DNA of 62,422 nt, filler included, from Candidatus Babelota bacterium (GTDB lineage Bacteria; JAGOBX01): the NCBI GenBank assembly GCA_017999075.1. It is 8 parts of 8 records of this genome, joined end to end, with 100 filler letters (N's around TTAATTAATTAA, not from the genome) between each part and the next. Parts side by side here need not be neighbours in the genome. Positions count along the whole stretch, not along the records: positions 1 to 25,525 come from JAGOBX010000003.1; 7 more parts are not named here. One strand, 5' to 3'. The notes under the pieces were generated by a model, which was not told the origin of the DNA, searched no databases, and saw only the letters and a list, made by a program, of their open reading frames with translations. How positions within the stretch are numbered: the stretch's first letter is position 1; each line of letters begins with the position of its first letter. Both the position numbers and the translations under genes were made by a program. Of this stretch, positions 11,201 to 20,781 are shown piece by piece.

Positions 11201-14200
11201 AGCTTCAAGCTGTGAATTTGAAGGAGCGCTGTAGAACGTTCCTCCGGCTACGCTCGCTATCTGTTTCAAAATATCAAAATAACTTATAACGCTTCCGAAA
11301 CCTATTGAATCTATTGTATATCCTTTGCCTTTTGCATTAGCTGCCATTACTAAACCAGCATCAGGATCGAACGGCTGACCATCTGATATCATAACAATTT
11401 TTTTATTCAATGCTTTTGAATTATCAAGCATTGATACTGCTATTGAAATTGCCGGAGCATAATATATTAATCCTACAGGAACTATAGAACTTACTGCATT
11501 TTTCAAAGATGTTTTGTCTGAAGACAAATCATGCAGAAGCGAAGCTGTAGTGTGGAAAGTTACTATACCTATTTGAGCCCCTGCCGGCATATTATCTATC
11601 ATAGTGTAAGCAGCCTGTATCTGCCCTTCCATCGGAGATCCGGGTCCTGAACCCATACTTCCCGAAACATCAAGTATTAAAACCAAATCAGTACTAACAA
11701 GATTTTTAGTCCCAGAAGATAATTTCGCAAAATTTACAGGATTTGATACTGATATCACAGGCGGAGTATAATCAATTATGAAATTGATTTTATATTCTAT
11801 CGTATTTCCGGCATTATCAAACAAAACAATAGCCATTGTGCAATTTCCGTCTATATTAGTATCAGAACTTTTAAGCGGATTTACTAATGTAAAATAAAGA
11901 GTATCATATTCACCAGCTGAAGAATCTCTTGTTACTATTCCTGATAAATATGTAGTTCCTCTCGCATTAGAAAAATGTTCTATTGAAATTCCTGTTGCTG
12001 AATTTAATAACCCTGATAAATTATCTTTTACAGTAACAGCAAATGTATCAATATTGGCTGATATATAATCATTATGAGTCAGCAGCGAATCACCTGAAGA
12101 ATTCCTGTAATAAGCTTTCAGAACTTCAGGTTTTTGCGAATCAATTATAAAAGTGCTTGAATATGAACCTAAAATATTTCCGAAATCATCAACTGTCTCA
12201 AGAATAATCTGGTATTCTCCATCATTGGCAGCAAGTTCAGATAATGGATAAACAAAATTATATTCAAAAATTCGATCAGTAGAATTTATGGTTTTATACC
12301 CGGGAATTATTTCACCTGTACTTGCTTTTTTAAGAAGTATAGATGAATTTTCCATACTTATACCCAAATCTTTTTTTAATAATTCTGCTGATACTGAAGC
12401 TAACCTTCCTTTTACAGTAGGATTATAAAAACTGTTTGCAGCCGGAATAAATTTAAACATACTTTTACTTTCTCCGGTACCTTCAGTCGTAAGTATTCTT
12501 ATTCTTCCTTCTTTAATAGTTTCGTTTCCTGCTTCGTCTTCAACAATTACCTTATATAAATAATTTGCGTCAGACTGCCCCTGTCCTGTCCATATAGCAG
12601 AATAATCTCCATTACCTATAAATGCTTTCTGAAGATCTAATGATTCAATTTCAGTTCCGTTCAATTCGCAGATTTTTACTGCTGCCACCCCTGCTTTTGT
12701 TCTCAATTCAAATAAATTTGAAAATGATTCCGAATCAGAAGCTTCAACGCTCCAATAACTGAAATTCGACACTTCAGAATATATTCCTGATATATTTATC
12801 AAAATTCCAGCTTTAGTGCCGGCTGTTATGAGAACTTCTTCAGAATATGCCGTATTTCCATCAATATCTTTACCTCTCAATATAAATCTTGATTCATTTT
12901 TTATAAGATTCTTTGTTATCAAAACTACTTCAGACGGCACAGGTATCATATTAGGTCCTGTAAGAAATTCAGGCTGAACAAGAAGCGATGGAGTTCCAGC
13001 TTGTTTAACAAGACTTATTTCTCCAAGAGACGCTGATGCATCTATCCCTGAAACTGTAAAATATATTGTGGTGTATTCTTTTATACCATCTTTATCAGGT
13101 GAAAATGGATTCGGAAATACTGTCAAATTAGACACAACTGGTTTCGTATAATCGACTCTAACTGTAACGCTGTCTCTGCTGATATTTTCTGATTTATCAA
13201 TTATTTCTATATCAAGAATATAATTTCCTTCTGCAACAACAAACAATCCGTCATTAGTACCGTCCCATTTAATCTGATTGGCGCCTGCTCTCTGATTTGA
13301 CATAACTACTGTTTTAACAAGATTTCTGTTATAATTATAAACTCTTAAAGTTGTTGTATCAACATTCTTATTCAATTGATATTCAATAAGAGTATAATCT
13401 TTTATACCGTCGCTGTCAGGAGAAAACGGATTCGGCATAACAGATATATAAGATAATTCTGCAGGACTCACATCAGTATAATAAGGTCTGTATTTTAATA
13501 TTGTAGTATCAACATAACTGCTTGCATTTCCTGCATTATCAATAATATTTATCGTAATCTGCAAATTAGCAGTTTCAGCGCAGGTTAATAAAAACTGCCA
13601 TTGTTCAAAATCCATTTTTCCGTGAACAGTGTCTGAAGCGTTTATAGCCTCAACACCGTTATACCAAGTTGAATCACTGTAATCACCGTCAAGATTTGTA
13701 TCAGCTTCAACTTTAATTCTTACCTTATAAATCTCAGATGCCTGTTTTTCAGGTATAGTGCTGTTTCCATCAGGATCATAAGCGGTACCGATAATATTTA
13801 TTAAAGGGCTGTTAAACACCTGATTATTAGCAGGAAGTTTGATATAACCTGTAGGTTTAGTTTTATCAAGAGAAATTATATAAGTATCAATTGTTTTTTC
13901 ATTCCCTGCAACATCTTTTAATTTCACTGTAAGATAAGTATTTTCTATATCCGGAACATAAGTGCTGTTCAGCGTATATATAGCAGAAAAATTTGATATA
14001 ATATATTTCCCGTTTGGAGAAGGAGCACCTAATATTTTACCATACGGCGCAGCATCTCCTGCTATCTGCGCAAAACTTATTGAAGTATATGATGAATCCA
14101 AGCTGTCCACTGTATCTACAGCTACTGTTATTTCATCAAGAAGTTTAACATAACTTGTGCTCGGATTTTTTTCTGAACCATCTATAGCCGCAATATTATC

Positions 14201-17200
14201 TATTCTGCAGGAACTTACTGTCGGAAGAGTGTTGTCAAGAGCAACGCTCCAGTATGTATCAGTAGCCGCATCTCCGTCGTACCCGCTTATTTTTATATAT
14301 GCCGCAGATGTATCAGCTGTAGAATTATCCATCGAAACAGTATAAGAACAATACCATGTATCAGTTCCTGAAATTTTTGTGAATGAGACTTCCTTAGCGC
14401 TGAAAACAGAATCTATTGCGCCGATATCCGCGATAACTCTGGTTACTGTATTGTCCCATGTTGTATATAAAGTTATTACACTTCCATTTTTATAAATCGG
14501 ATAATTAACAGGATTGCCATTAATTAAAACATTCTGATTTTTGTATTGAGAATCATCGTATGTATATAATGAATAACAAACCGGAGGAACATTATCAAGT
14601 TCAGCATACCAAGGATCCAGTGTAGATTCATTGTCTAAAGGATCTTTCGCATAAATATATATTGGTTTATTTGTTCCGTCAGCAATATTGTTGTCCGTAG
14701 CAATATAATGTTCCAGGGTATAAACTCCCTGACCATTAGTTGTTGCAGTTTCTATATAATCTGATGCGGATATCAACGGGTTAGAATCTATACCGCTAAA
14801 ATCAGCCCATACAGTCAATTCTTTATAATCATGAATTGATGATGTATAAGTCAAACTTATAGTTATAGTCTCTCCGTCTTTATATGTTTTTACTCCTGAT
14901 GCAGGATATATGGATGATGCTGCTCCAGGACCACTGACATCAGCTATCACATTGTTGACTGACTGGAATCCATAAGCATTCTTTAAATTATTCGTAAAAG
15001 TTATACCTTGCGCAGGTATGCCGTATCTGAATTTATTCCCTTCTTTCCAGAAATCTGATGATGCAGATGTTTTTATTGCTACAAATACATCAGGTTTACC
15101 GCTGCCGTCATTCTGATTAGGAATATCAATGCTGTATTTAGGTGTCAATGAAAATCTATAATCTGAAGGAAATGATGAAATAGATAATAATTCCACAAAA
15201 GTATCTTTATCATCCAACACTCCAGTAGTGCCTTCACCTTTATTATCAACATATAATGATATTCCACTCATAATTCCAGTATCAGGATTTGCCAAATCAT
15301 CAAATTTAAATCCATCTATATTATAAAATTGTACTAATATCGAATTTATTTGAATACCACCGTTACCGTTATCAGCGTTATCATAAACATTGATTCCTAT
15401 AATAGATTTGGTATCTGAATTTGCAGGCAAATACACACTTCCGTTTTCTGCAAGCATATCTTTAAAAGTCGTAGGAACTCCAACACTTAATGTTTCAGAA
15501 TAAAAATCAGCATACGGATTCTGATCGCCTGTAGAATATTCTATTCCATATTTAGGAATCGACAAAGAAAACTTATCATTAAAATCACAAGTAGAACTTG
15601 TAGCTATTAATATAAAGTAATCCGCTCCTTCATTATCTCCTGTCAAATTATCAGGAAGCGGTGATACGGAATCACCTGCATCTGCTATTGAAAGCAATAT
15701 CGAATATGTGCTTGAAGCTATGTCTGAACGCGGATTCCATAAAGCACCTTCTGTAAAAGGAATAAATATATCTGTAGTGTCATATTCGCCATTTATCCCA
15801 AAATTAGAATCTCTATATAACTGTATTCCTCCTTTATCCCAGTCCAATAAGTCAGTTGGAGAAAATTTTGTATCGCCATTATTATTATTAAATACAAGCC
15901 TTATTGATTTAATATACTCTTTAACTCCGTCTGCATCCCTCACATCAAAACTTAACATCACAGAAGAATCACCAAACGGTTCTATATATTGTCCTGCAAT
16001 AACTTCATTAAAAACCTGTATTACATTTAATGAATTACTTTTAATAGTCCTTGTAACAATATGTGAACCTGATTTTCCAGAAGTAAATTGCAGTCCGTAT
16101 TTAGGAATTGATATATTAAAATCATCGTTATAACTTATATTTGAACTTGATCTGATAACAAGAAAAAAATTATGTCCAGTAGTTTTTCCCGTATAAGTGT
16201 CTGGAATAGTTGTTATTGCAGAATTAGTATCAAAAAATAGTATTGTAACAAATGAATCTCCAGGACCTGCGCCCTGCCATTTCGGAGTTTGAGCTAAAGG
16301 AACAATTGTATCATAATCAGAATTAAATTCCCCGTTTGCATCCATATCTTTCCAAACAGATACGCCACTATTTTTATCTTTTGCTAAATTGTTCAGATCT
16401 CCAGATGTAAAATTATTATCCCCGCCAATATTAGAAAATTGAACTTTCAGTTCGGCTATTTTAGATCTTCCGTCTGTTCCATCTGTCAAGCCGTCAGTAA
16501 TCTTCATTCCTACTACTCCAATCGGATTACTTATAGCAGCTATAGTTTGATAAGGATTAGAAGTTATATCGTCAAAAATATTCGGAACCGTAGCTGTTAT
16601 TAAATCTGTTACCCAATCATCGTTTTCATTAGAAGTATTTCTTGTAAATTCTATGCCTTCCGGAGGTATCCTACAAATAAAATCCGAACCATATTTTATA
16701 TTAGTGCTTGTTCTGATAACTATAAAATAATCTATTCCGGTATTATCTCCCGAATCATTATCAGGAATATCTTGCCCGTAAATAAATCTTAATGTTACAG
16801 AACTATCACTTGTATCCCATTCAGGAAGACCCATAGAAACAAATTCATCAGATGTGTCAAAAACTCCCTGTATGGTTCCATTATCCTTATAAACAGCAAC
16901 GCCGCTTGTAGCATCCATTGATAATGGCATTAAATCAGATGTAGGATTAAAATTTCCCATTATCATATCATCTTCAACAATAAGTTTTACACTTAACAGT
17001 TTTTCTTCTCCAGCAGTTCCATCAGTAACATTAAATCCGAATACAGGTAGTGGATCGCTTTTAGCATCAATCTGCTGACCTGTTATGGTTAATGGTTGGA
17101 TATCTATAGTTGACAATGTTTTTACTATCATTACATCGCTATTAAACAGCCATACATCATCAGGAAGTCCATTTTTACTTTCAAAAAATTGTGAAGGTTC

Positions 17201-19777
17201 TAAAGGATTTAAAGTGCTTGCATATTCTATTTCAGCGCTTTTCGTCAAGCGCACATAAAAATTATGTCCATTATCAATAACAGAACTTGTTCTTACGCAC
17301 ACAAAAAAATCAGACCCATCTGATGAATCTGATTTTGTATCGTTCCATGGTATTGGAATAGTGTCAAATTCCATATAAGCAATAGCGTCAGAATAATGAC
17401 CTTTATCTCCAAAATATTCATCCCATGTAGCAAGAGTGGGAATCAATAATGTATCTCCTTCATCCCATTCGCCATTCTTATTTTCAGGATTATCATCATT
17501 ATCCTGGTATATTAGAACTCCACTTCCCAAAGGATCATTAATATCAAGAGGAAGCAAGTCATCAGGTGTCCAAGACACTCCGGACGAGCTCATAAAATAT
17601 AAACCTATTTTATTGAAATACGCAGTATCTCCTACATTATTTTTACCTTTAGCATTTATTCCCAAAACAGGATAAGGCTTACTGCTTTGAGGTATATACG
17701 GATCATTATGAACAAAATCAGTTATTACGGTAGGAACGGAAGACTGATAAAATACTCCATAACTTAATCCGGGATGATTCAACAAATCATTATCAGATGT
17801 GTGTATTTTAGGAGTTGAATTTGAAATTCCATTAGTAAAAACTACGCCGCCAGGCGGTATTCTGATATAAAAACTATCTTTATAATCAATACTTTTACTC
17901 GTCAATATAGTTACTATGAAATCCCAACCATGCGTTTGATCTCCATTATTGTCAATAGGAAGCAAAACTCCGTCAGCAAGATATAAAGAAACCTTGTAAT
18001 AAGTATCTCCAGCAAGGTTTGTATACGGACCATACCACTGTGTTTTACTTACAGACAAGGGTTTTAAAGGATCAGGAGAGGGTGGATCCATAATATCAAA
18101 AGTTTGTCTGTTAGAAGTTGGTCCATTAGCATATATTGCCAATCCGCTGTTTTTATCACTTGTAAATGGTCTTAAATCTGATGGTTGAAAATCTCTGCCC
18201 ACAAATTCTAAATCAATTCTTCTTAACTGCTGGTTCGATAACACATCTCCCATAGCGTTTTCTGGACCACCTGCAATATCTAAAATTACTATTCCGTCAG
18301 GCCAATAATCAAGATATTTCAAATCCTGTTTTCCATTCTGAGGATCTTCTCCTGGAATTCCTGTAAATAAATCAAGTAATGAAGGCTTTGTATCATTTAA
18401 TAAATTGGTTCCATAAACAGGTCCCACTACTTCATATATCATATCAGTTACCGAATCGCTTTTTATAGATTCTATAATATTAGTATCTGCGTAAACTATT
18501 GTGGAAGCATTTAATTTTGTAGAACTTGAACTGCCATCGTCATCTTCTTCATCTGATGTGGATTTCTTTTTAAAACCTACTGATTCAAATTTCAATTGAA
18601 ATTCGTCCCCATAACCTACTTTCCCCGGCCCCCAGCCTTGATTAGTAGTAATACATATCAAATAAGAATATTCCGATGAAGAATCAGAAGAATCGCTTTT
18701 TTGAGGTATCATCTGATCTCCACCGGCAAATTTAAAAGTAAAAGGAACTCCTTCAACAGGCGGATTCAATAAAGTCATTGGAACAGTCGTATCAGGATCT
18801 GGATATAAAGCATTGTATTTATATGATGTGATTTTTACGTCAGCATCATCCCATTTACTTGTAGTATTTCCGATATCTTTATAAATTGCCCAGGACATAT
18901 ATTTTGGAGGAATAGTACCAGAAAGCCCAATATCATTCAGATCTATATTGGCAGGATTCGGCCATTTTTCACCTGTCAATGGATTTATTACCAAACTGTA
19001 TCCATGCCCTTCAGTATCAATTACAGTAGCTTTTACAAAAGAAATTTTTGCTTCTTCAACATCTGTAGGTATTGTTTTTGACTGACCCAAAGTTAATTTA
19101 AATACTGCATGTGGTTTTGAATTTGCCGGAATAATAAAGTTGGAGGAAGGATACATATTATTTGCTTCGCTTGCTCCAATCGCAGTCAATTTTTCAAGTT
19201 TCATTTTCACTGTTACTTTTGATGAATTCGGACACGACGGATCTATTGTATTATACGAATAAGTTCCGTCTTCTCTTAATGCCCATGCATGTAAACTATC
19301 TATAGTAAAAACTAAATCCGTAGTTGCCGGTACTGTATCATGAAGCTGAACTAACACATATAGTTCTCTTGATATATTTAAAGCTAAACTCACAGGAATT
19401 TTTATCGGACTTGAAGTAATATTGGTAACACTTCCTATTGATTTTGAAATCGAAGCAGAACCATAAGAAATTATTATTTGTTTTATATATTTATAATGGC
19501 TTGATGTCCCTAAACTCACTGTTACAGTATCTAAAAAGATACTCGTCAATTTAATTTTAGCGGTAGTGTCATCACCAGCTTCTATTCCGGGGGATACAGA
19601 AACTTTGTTCGGAACTATCCACCCTCCAGGAAGTATGTATTCCGCTCCACTCATATTATTAGAGCCGGTCGCTCGACAATCCAAACTGTCTTTAACAGCA
19701 AATGCCAAGCCGGCATTCAATAACAATATTGTTATTGAAATAATAAAAATTTTTAAAACATTTTTTTTAGAACGCAT
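5234..19777 (-). CDS. Giant 4847-aa secreted/surface protein with internal repeats, Ig-like modules, vWA and several FlgD-Ig domains
   Basis: Uninterrupted 14.5-kb ORF with AAGGGAG RBS and signal peptide. Repeated DxAGN/DxxxP Ig-like boundaries; PNPFSPDxDG...WDG motifs; DLVLILDVSGSM vWA; C-terminal VYSLSGQKI...WNG...NGLYLIKV...VAIVK. Confidence 0.85.
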   Translation of the reverse strand: MRSKKNVLKIFIISITILLLNAGLAFAVKDSLDCRATGSNNMSGAEYILPGGWIVPNKVSVSPGIEAGDDTTAKIKLTSIFLDTVTVSLGTSSHYKYIKQIIISYGSASISKSIGSVTNITSSPIKIPVSLALNISRELYVLVQLHDTVPATTDLVFTIDSLHAWALREDGTYSYNTIDPSCPNSSKVTVKMKLEKLTAIGASEANNMYPSSNFIIPANSKPHAVFKLTLGQSKTIPTDVEEAKISFVKATVIDTEGHGYSLVINPLTGEKWPNPANIDLNDIGLSGTIPPKYMSWAIYKDIGNTTSKWDDADVKITSYKYNALYPDPDTTVPMTLLNPPVEGVPFTFKFAGGDQMIPQKSDSSDSSSEYSYLICITTNQGWGPGKVGYGDEFQLKFESVGFKKKSTSDEEDDDGSSSSTKLNASTIVYADTNIIESIKSDSVTDMIYEVVGPVYGTNLLNDTKPSLLDLFTGIPGEDPQNGKQDLKYLDYWPDGIVILDIAGGPENAMGDVLSNQQLRRIDLEFVGRDFQPSDLRPFTSDKNSGLAIYANGPTSNRQTFDIMDPPSPDPLKPLSVSKTQWYGPYTNLAGDTYYKVSLYLADGVLLPIDNNGDQTHGWDFIVTILTSKSIDYKDSFYIRIPPGGVVFTNGISNSTPKIHTSDNDLLNHPGLSYGVFYQSSVPTVITDFVHNDPYIPQSSKPYPVLGINAKGKNNVGDTAYFNKIGLYFMSSSGVSWTPDDLLPLDINDPLGSGVLIYQDNDDNPENKNGEWDEGDTLLIPTLATWDEYFGDKGHYSDAIAYMEFDTIPIPWNDTKSDSSDGSDFFVCVRTSSVIDNGHNFYVRLTKSAEIEYASTLNPLEPSQFFESKNGLPDDVWLFNSDVMIVKTLSTIDIQPLTITGQQIDAKSDPLPVFGFNVTDGTAGEEKLLSVKLIVEDDMIMGNFNPTSDLMPLSMDATSGVAVYKDNGTIQGVFDTSDEFVSMGLPEWDTSDSSVTLRFIYGQDIPDNDSGDNTGIDYFIVIRTSTNIKYGSDFICRIPPEGIEFTRNTSNENDDWVTDLITATVPNIFDDITSNPYQTIAAISNPIGVVGMKITDGLTDGTDGRSKIAELKVQFSNIGGDNNFTSGDLNNLAKDKNSGVSVWKDMDANGEFNSDYDTIVPLAQTPKWQGAGPGDSFVTILFFDTNSAITTIPDTYTGKTTGHNFFLVIRSSSNISYNDDFNISIPKYGLQFTSGKSGSHIVTRTIKSNSLNVIQVFNEVIAGQYIEPFGDSSVMLSFDVRDADGVKEYIKSIRLVFNNNNGDTKFSPTDLLDWDKGGIQLYRDSNFGINGEYDTTDIFIPFTEGALWNPRSDIASSTYSILLSIADAGDSVSPLPDNLTGDNEGADYFILIATSSTCDFNDKFSLSIPKYGIEYSTGDQNPYADFYSETLSVGVPTTFKDMLAENGSVYLPANSDTKSIIGINVYDNADNGNGGIQINSILVQFYNIDGFKFDDLANPDTGIMSGISLYVDNKGEGTTGVLDDKDTFVELLSISSFPSDYRFSLTPKYSIDIPNQNDGSGKPDVFVAIKTSASSDFWKEGNKFRYGIPAQGITFTNNLKNAYGFQSVNNVIADVSGPGAASSIYPASGVKTYKDGETITISLTYTSSIHDYKELTVWADFSGIDSNPLISASDYIETATTNGQGVYTLEHYIATDNNIADGTNKPIYIYAKDPLDNESTLDPWYAELDNVPPVCYSLYTYDDSQYKNQNVLINGNPVNYPIYKNGSVITLYTTWDNTVTRVIADIGAIDSVFSAKEVSFTKISGTDTWYCSYTVSMDNSTADTSAAYIKISGYDGDAATDTYWSVALDNTLPTVSSCRIDNIAAIDGSEKNPSTSYVKLLDEITVAVDTVDSLDSSYTSISFAQIAGDAAPYGKILGAPSPNGKYIISNFSAIYTLNSTYVPDIENTYLTVKLKDVAGNEKTIDTYIISLDKTKPTGYIKLPANNQVFNSPLINIIGTAYDPDGNSTIPEKQASEIYKVRIKVEADTNLDGDYSDSTWYNGVEAINASDTVHGKMDFEQWQFLLTCAETANLQITINIIDNAGNASSYVDTTILKYRPYYTDVSPAELSYISVMPNPFSPDSDGIKDYTLIEYQLNKNVDTTTLRVYNYNRNLVKTVVMSNQRAGANQIKWDGTNDGLFVVAEGNYILDIEIIDKSENISRDSVTVRVDYTKPVVSNLTVFPNPFSPDKDGIKEYTTIYFTVSGIDASASLGEISLVKQAGTPSLLVQPEFLTGPNMIPVPSEVVLITKNLIKNESRFILRGKDIDGNTAYSEEVLITAGTKAGILINISGIYSEVSNFSYWSVEASDSESFSNLFELRTKAGVAAVKICELNGTEIESLDLQKAFIGNGDYSAIWTGQGQSDANYLYKVIVEDEAGNETIKEGRIRILTTEGTGESKSMFKFIPAANSFYNPTVKGRLASVSAELLKKDLGISMENSSILLKKASTGEIIPGYKTINSTDRIFEYNFVYPLSELAANDGEYQIILETVDDFGNILGSYSSTFIIDSQKPEVLKAYYRNSSGDSLLTHNDYISANIDTFAVTVKDNLSGLLNSATGISIEHFSNARGTTYLSGIVTRDSSAGEYDTLYFTLVNPLKSSDTNIDGNCTMAIVLFDNAGNTIEYKINFIIDYTPPVISVSNPVNFAKLSSGTKNLVSTDLVLILDVSGSMGSGPGSPMEGQIQAAYTMIDNMPAGAQIGIVTFHTTASLLHDLSSDKTSLKNAVSSIVPVGLIYYAPAISIAVSMLDNSKALNKKIVMISDGQPFDPDAGLVMAANAKGKGYTIDSIGFGSVISYFDILKQIASVAGGTFYSAPSNSQLEAITKGIIQSVASSSNFMGTIIDYGVGVAQLFVNNVSIPDSDQNNFATWKYDYTPKVENGYDTIIIRAYDKIGRYDTKVITVIYDSIAPKLNMLFLSDTYTGSKIDVITDSIASVSNIYISKNEVNLIGIINSTSPSDVTDTANRVKIKSVKISFDEGENWSNIMFSGDGFDNNDNWKYGFDNDDIDGNGAASIDYDGALKDGNNDGDYNYDPEHNVDEDQNIQFISLSNPSDPDTEALDYGRTSSDTHYFKYKFDFRIRNTYDFMIKIIDEAGNDTVIGNYYFVHDNNPPIINNMILQSKNLQTGDTIFYKKISELSFEVYDNESQINKESVSCSITNNAMTNIYTGSIFWEEDTKVVWYNSPVIDTINIRVGQTRYIISQHIWNNNKLKLVNSKNEDVTVKFLVRSEVNNNVIDIQKLLVPADEGVYKVIYNPAEISELNDTGLMKAYFYAKDISSNETYKIMNFSFYAGDSIAPEVLSTIPHELQLYSDKMNEIILNVSDNNAGLDLNKSDIQMHYLGGLTITNFDITGSLIAGEKLKNYSQIKLIPNNYNNLSNGIYRIAWILYDIAGNVNSDSIIFYYNKEAPQISLVEDDALGYIKVEGDIIRFRVTGGRGTDTSIIVNSTNLYNVKYSNPPDNTKIYSFEIKMPKNFVDIRRNSSYVKMVDINTNNPEFLYDESEWTVNYSCDSIIFTSSDTAFRYFLANDSLTVNYIEYIPNAVVSLDIGSIIKGIELSDDNNDGLVNSADTDGIYETDFKISQKISIRNSPVIVYMKDQYGNDAPIIQRSNPYPAANSIGINIDGVPPLITNVVAVPSPYSPYIGVCKIFFTSDEKITYNIYIYDSSNKLVRSFVNQSGKSGENLLEWDGRDMNAAPVSNGLYEARITAYDVGNNRSEMILNIRVISMNFSVSNIVLSPNPISPNRDNVNDRVNISFNVTLDAGNNQALRDLGITFTDDKLVNDPNNLSSGQDTDEEPFVVLSFILYNSKGQIVQTIDKDWYEMEDEDWKLCSEVIGDGVSNLTYPYNRSADLIKSNDYSVMLQLFDSGIGDVTDELNNGRFVGKFEVQYLPQSLAEDIYLISFQAELVRKKIIVDHITTVPLTYYYHAEPEYITGLKSPTYEARLIIDYPGVNLPDNMPPYITSIKAVKETGSSESIEQAVTFDKAITRIDIKIQDDEGGSDLDPEKIAVTVKDINGNQIYGQDINYELNERRFVFSEPLKTKGDYSVIIKAYDKAGNNKEYTYTFSIADIKAPNIVSWILLESSTGKLTNVPGNILAHSFDKIKVEVEDEGDGVDFVSSRVVRIDRIKSMTNHEVIETYTGTLSAEQIKPYLVYDLDAPVRLTSTSNLFKVSAFVIDLSPAQNRIDTYTTFTMARSQSIIVDTYTFSPNNPKKIRSSADLSNDTKMVLTINTDTQTVRDLWVRIYNYNDNAGNDNYVYTERLTQTGLGKYEFRWGGMDINKKYPITVNGDPAGVPAERKYYINIFDSAAVIVASDGTVNYGVLDDHINWDITVDNLPPNSPVVNMVVNGVEDTALPFIFDLTTINVSARLKVYSQPEDLCSKVKLYLGSKYLFTADTGVFVDISGYIDTMSMINSNKFDTVINMVLIDDIGNTKEYSGYMLNILYSLPILPPIIEFTDPLGEKMTDTVGMIIRGRAFTGRGGLLDFSKTGVYIKLFVYASTVFDTVSQLYEFSIPQANYNANGEWWYYFYDNQIQVNSKIKRWFVAIASDVDNIGRVYSASTADATIRPIMYYNKSNNTKLQIVVIGDENSEVRNKFVTSSMIIPLIKFEAAAGSSTEDDLIRLFLYESGNPDVAGDTIVIIDLKTTESKIESLPQITNLKIQTPVGKRYLRVMSADKYYNLSVMSDPMEIEILNNDVPIPQIVDSNGNPVLSTEPAFNPDNGEQLIILVPGYRSSSNASPSLAGASGAPTARLEVYSLSGQKIYSKEENVSANGTITWNGFNYKGTKVKNGLYLIKVNKFVYPVAIVK

Positions 19778-19805
19778 AACTCTATTTCTCCCTTAAAAAT
19801 TTATA

Positions 19806-20711
19806 TTAAAAATTATATTTTATACCTAATATATGGCAGTCGGACAATTCTTTTCCCATTACATAAGCGTAATCAAAATTAAATTTATATAAGTTAAGTC
19901 CAAGTCCGCAATAAATATTTTTATCAAAATCATCGTCATAACTGTTATATCCGGCTCGTACAAATATCATTCTGTCATAATTCAGTTCAGTTCCAAACGA
20001 GACAGAAGCATCTTCATTTCTCACTTTTACTACATCTACTGAAACCAATAGGCTCTGATTTTTAAAAGAAATTCCGCTTCTGATAGTAAACGGCAATTTA
20101 TTTTCTTGAGATTCAAATTTCAGTTTTTGTCCTAAATTCTGTAATGAAATACCAAAACTGACTTCTTCAGAACAAAGCAGTTTTATACCGGCATCAGCTG
20201 CAATACCTGATGCAGAACTGTCGTCTATTTTCTGTTTAATATATTTTCCTGTAAACCCCATTGCAAACTTGTTTTCAGGTTTCATTGTCCAGGTTAAACT
20301 CATAGCAGAATCAGTTGACTTATAATCGCCTGTTCTGTTTCCCAATAAATCTCTACCTTCAATTTCTCCTGAATTCAAATGATATACTGCTATCCCTATA
20401 TAATTTTTATCAATTATTTTAGCCGCATATCCGGCATAATCATAAGCAACGTCTTCAATCCATTCATTATGCTGTATTGTCAATTCCGATTTGTCTATAA
20501 AAGCTATACCAGCAGGGTTCCAGTATAATCCGTAAACGTCTTCTGCAGCTGCAGTATAAGCTCCGCCCAAACTTACAGGTTTTGCTCCTACTCCTATCTG
20601 AAGAAATTGCGCGCCTGTGGTCCCGCTTCCAGCGCAATATCCTGATGTTTGAAAAACAAAAAAAACAGCAGTAATTAATATCATTGAATATAACGTTTTT
20701 TTAATTTTCAT
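19806..20711 (-). CDS. PorV/PorQ-family outer-membrane beta-barrel
   Basis: Signal peptide; AQFLQIGVGAKPVSLGGAYTAAAEDVYGLYWNPAGI; FDYAY; ends in YNF (C-terminal Phe). Confidence 0.85.
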   Translation of the reverse strand: MKIKKTLYSMILITAVFFVFQTSGYCAGSGTTGAQFLQIGVGAKPVSLGGAYTAAAEDVYGLYWNPAGIAFIDKSELTIQHNEWIEDVAYDYAGYAAKIIDKNYIGIAVYHLNSGEIEGRDLLGNRTGDYKSTDSAMSLTWTMKPENKFAMGFTGKYIKQKIDDSSASGIAADAGIKLLCSEEVSFGISLQNLGQKLKFESQENKLPFTIRSGISFKNQSLLVSVDVVKVRNEDASVSFGTELNYDRMIFVRAGYNSYDDDFDKNIYCGLGLNLYKFNFDYAYVMGKELSDCHILGIKYNF

Positions 20712-20781
20712 ATAATTTTCCAAAACTAATTTTTGTTTGCATTATTTCATTCTATCTATAGTAAATATAAATGCAAATATT

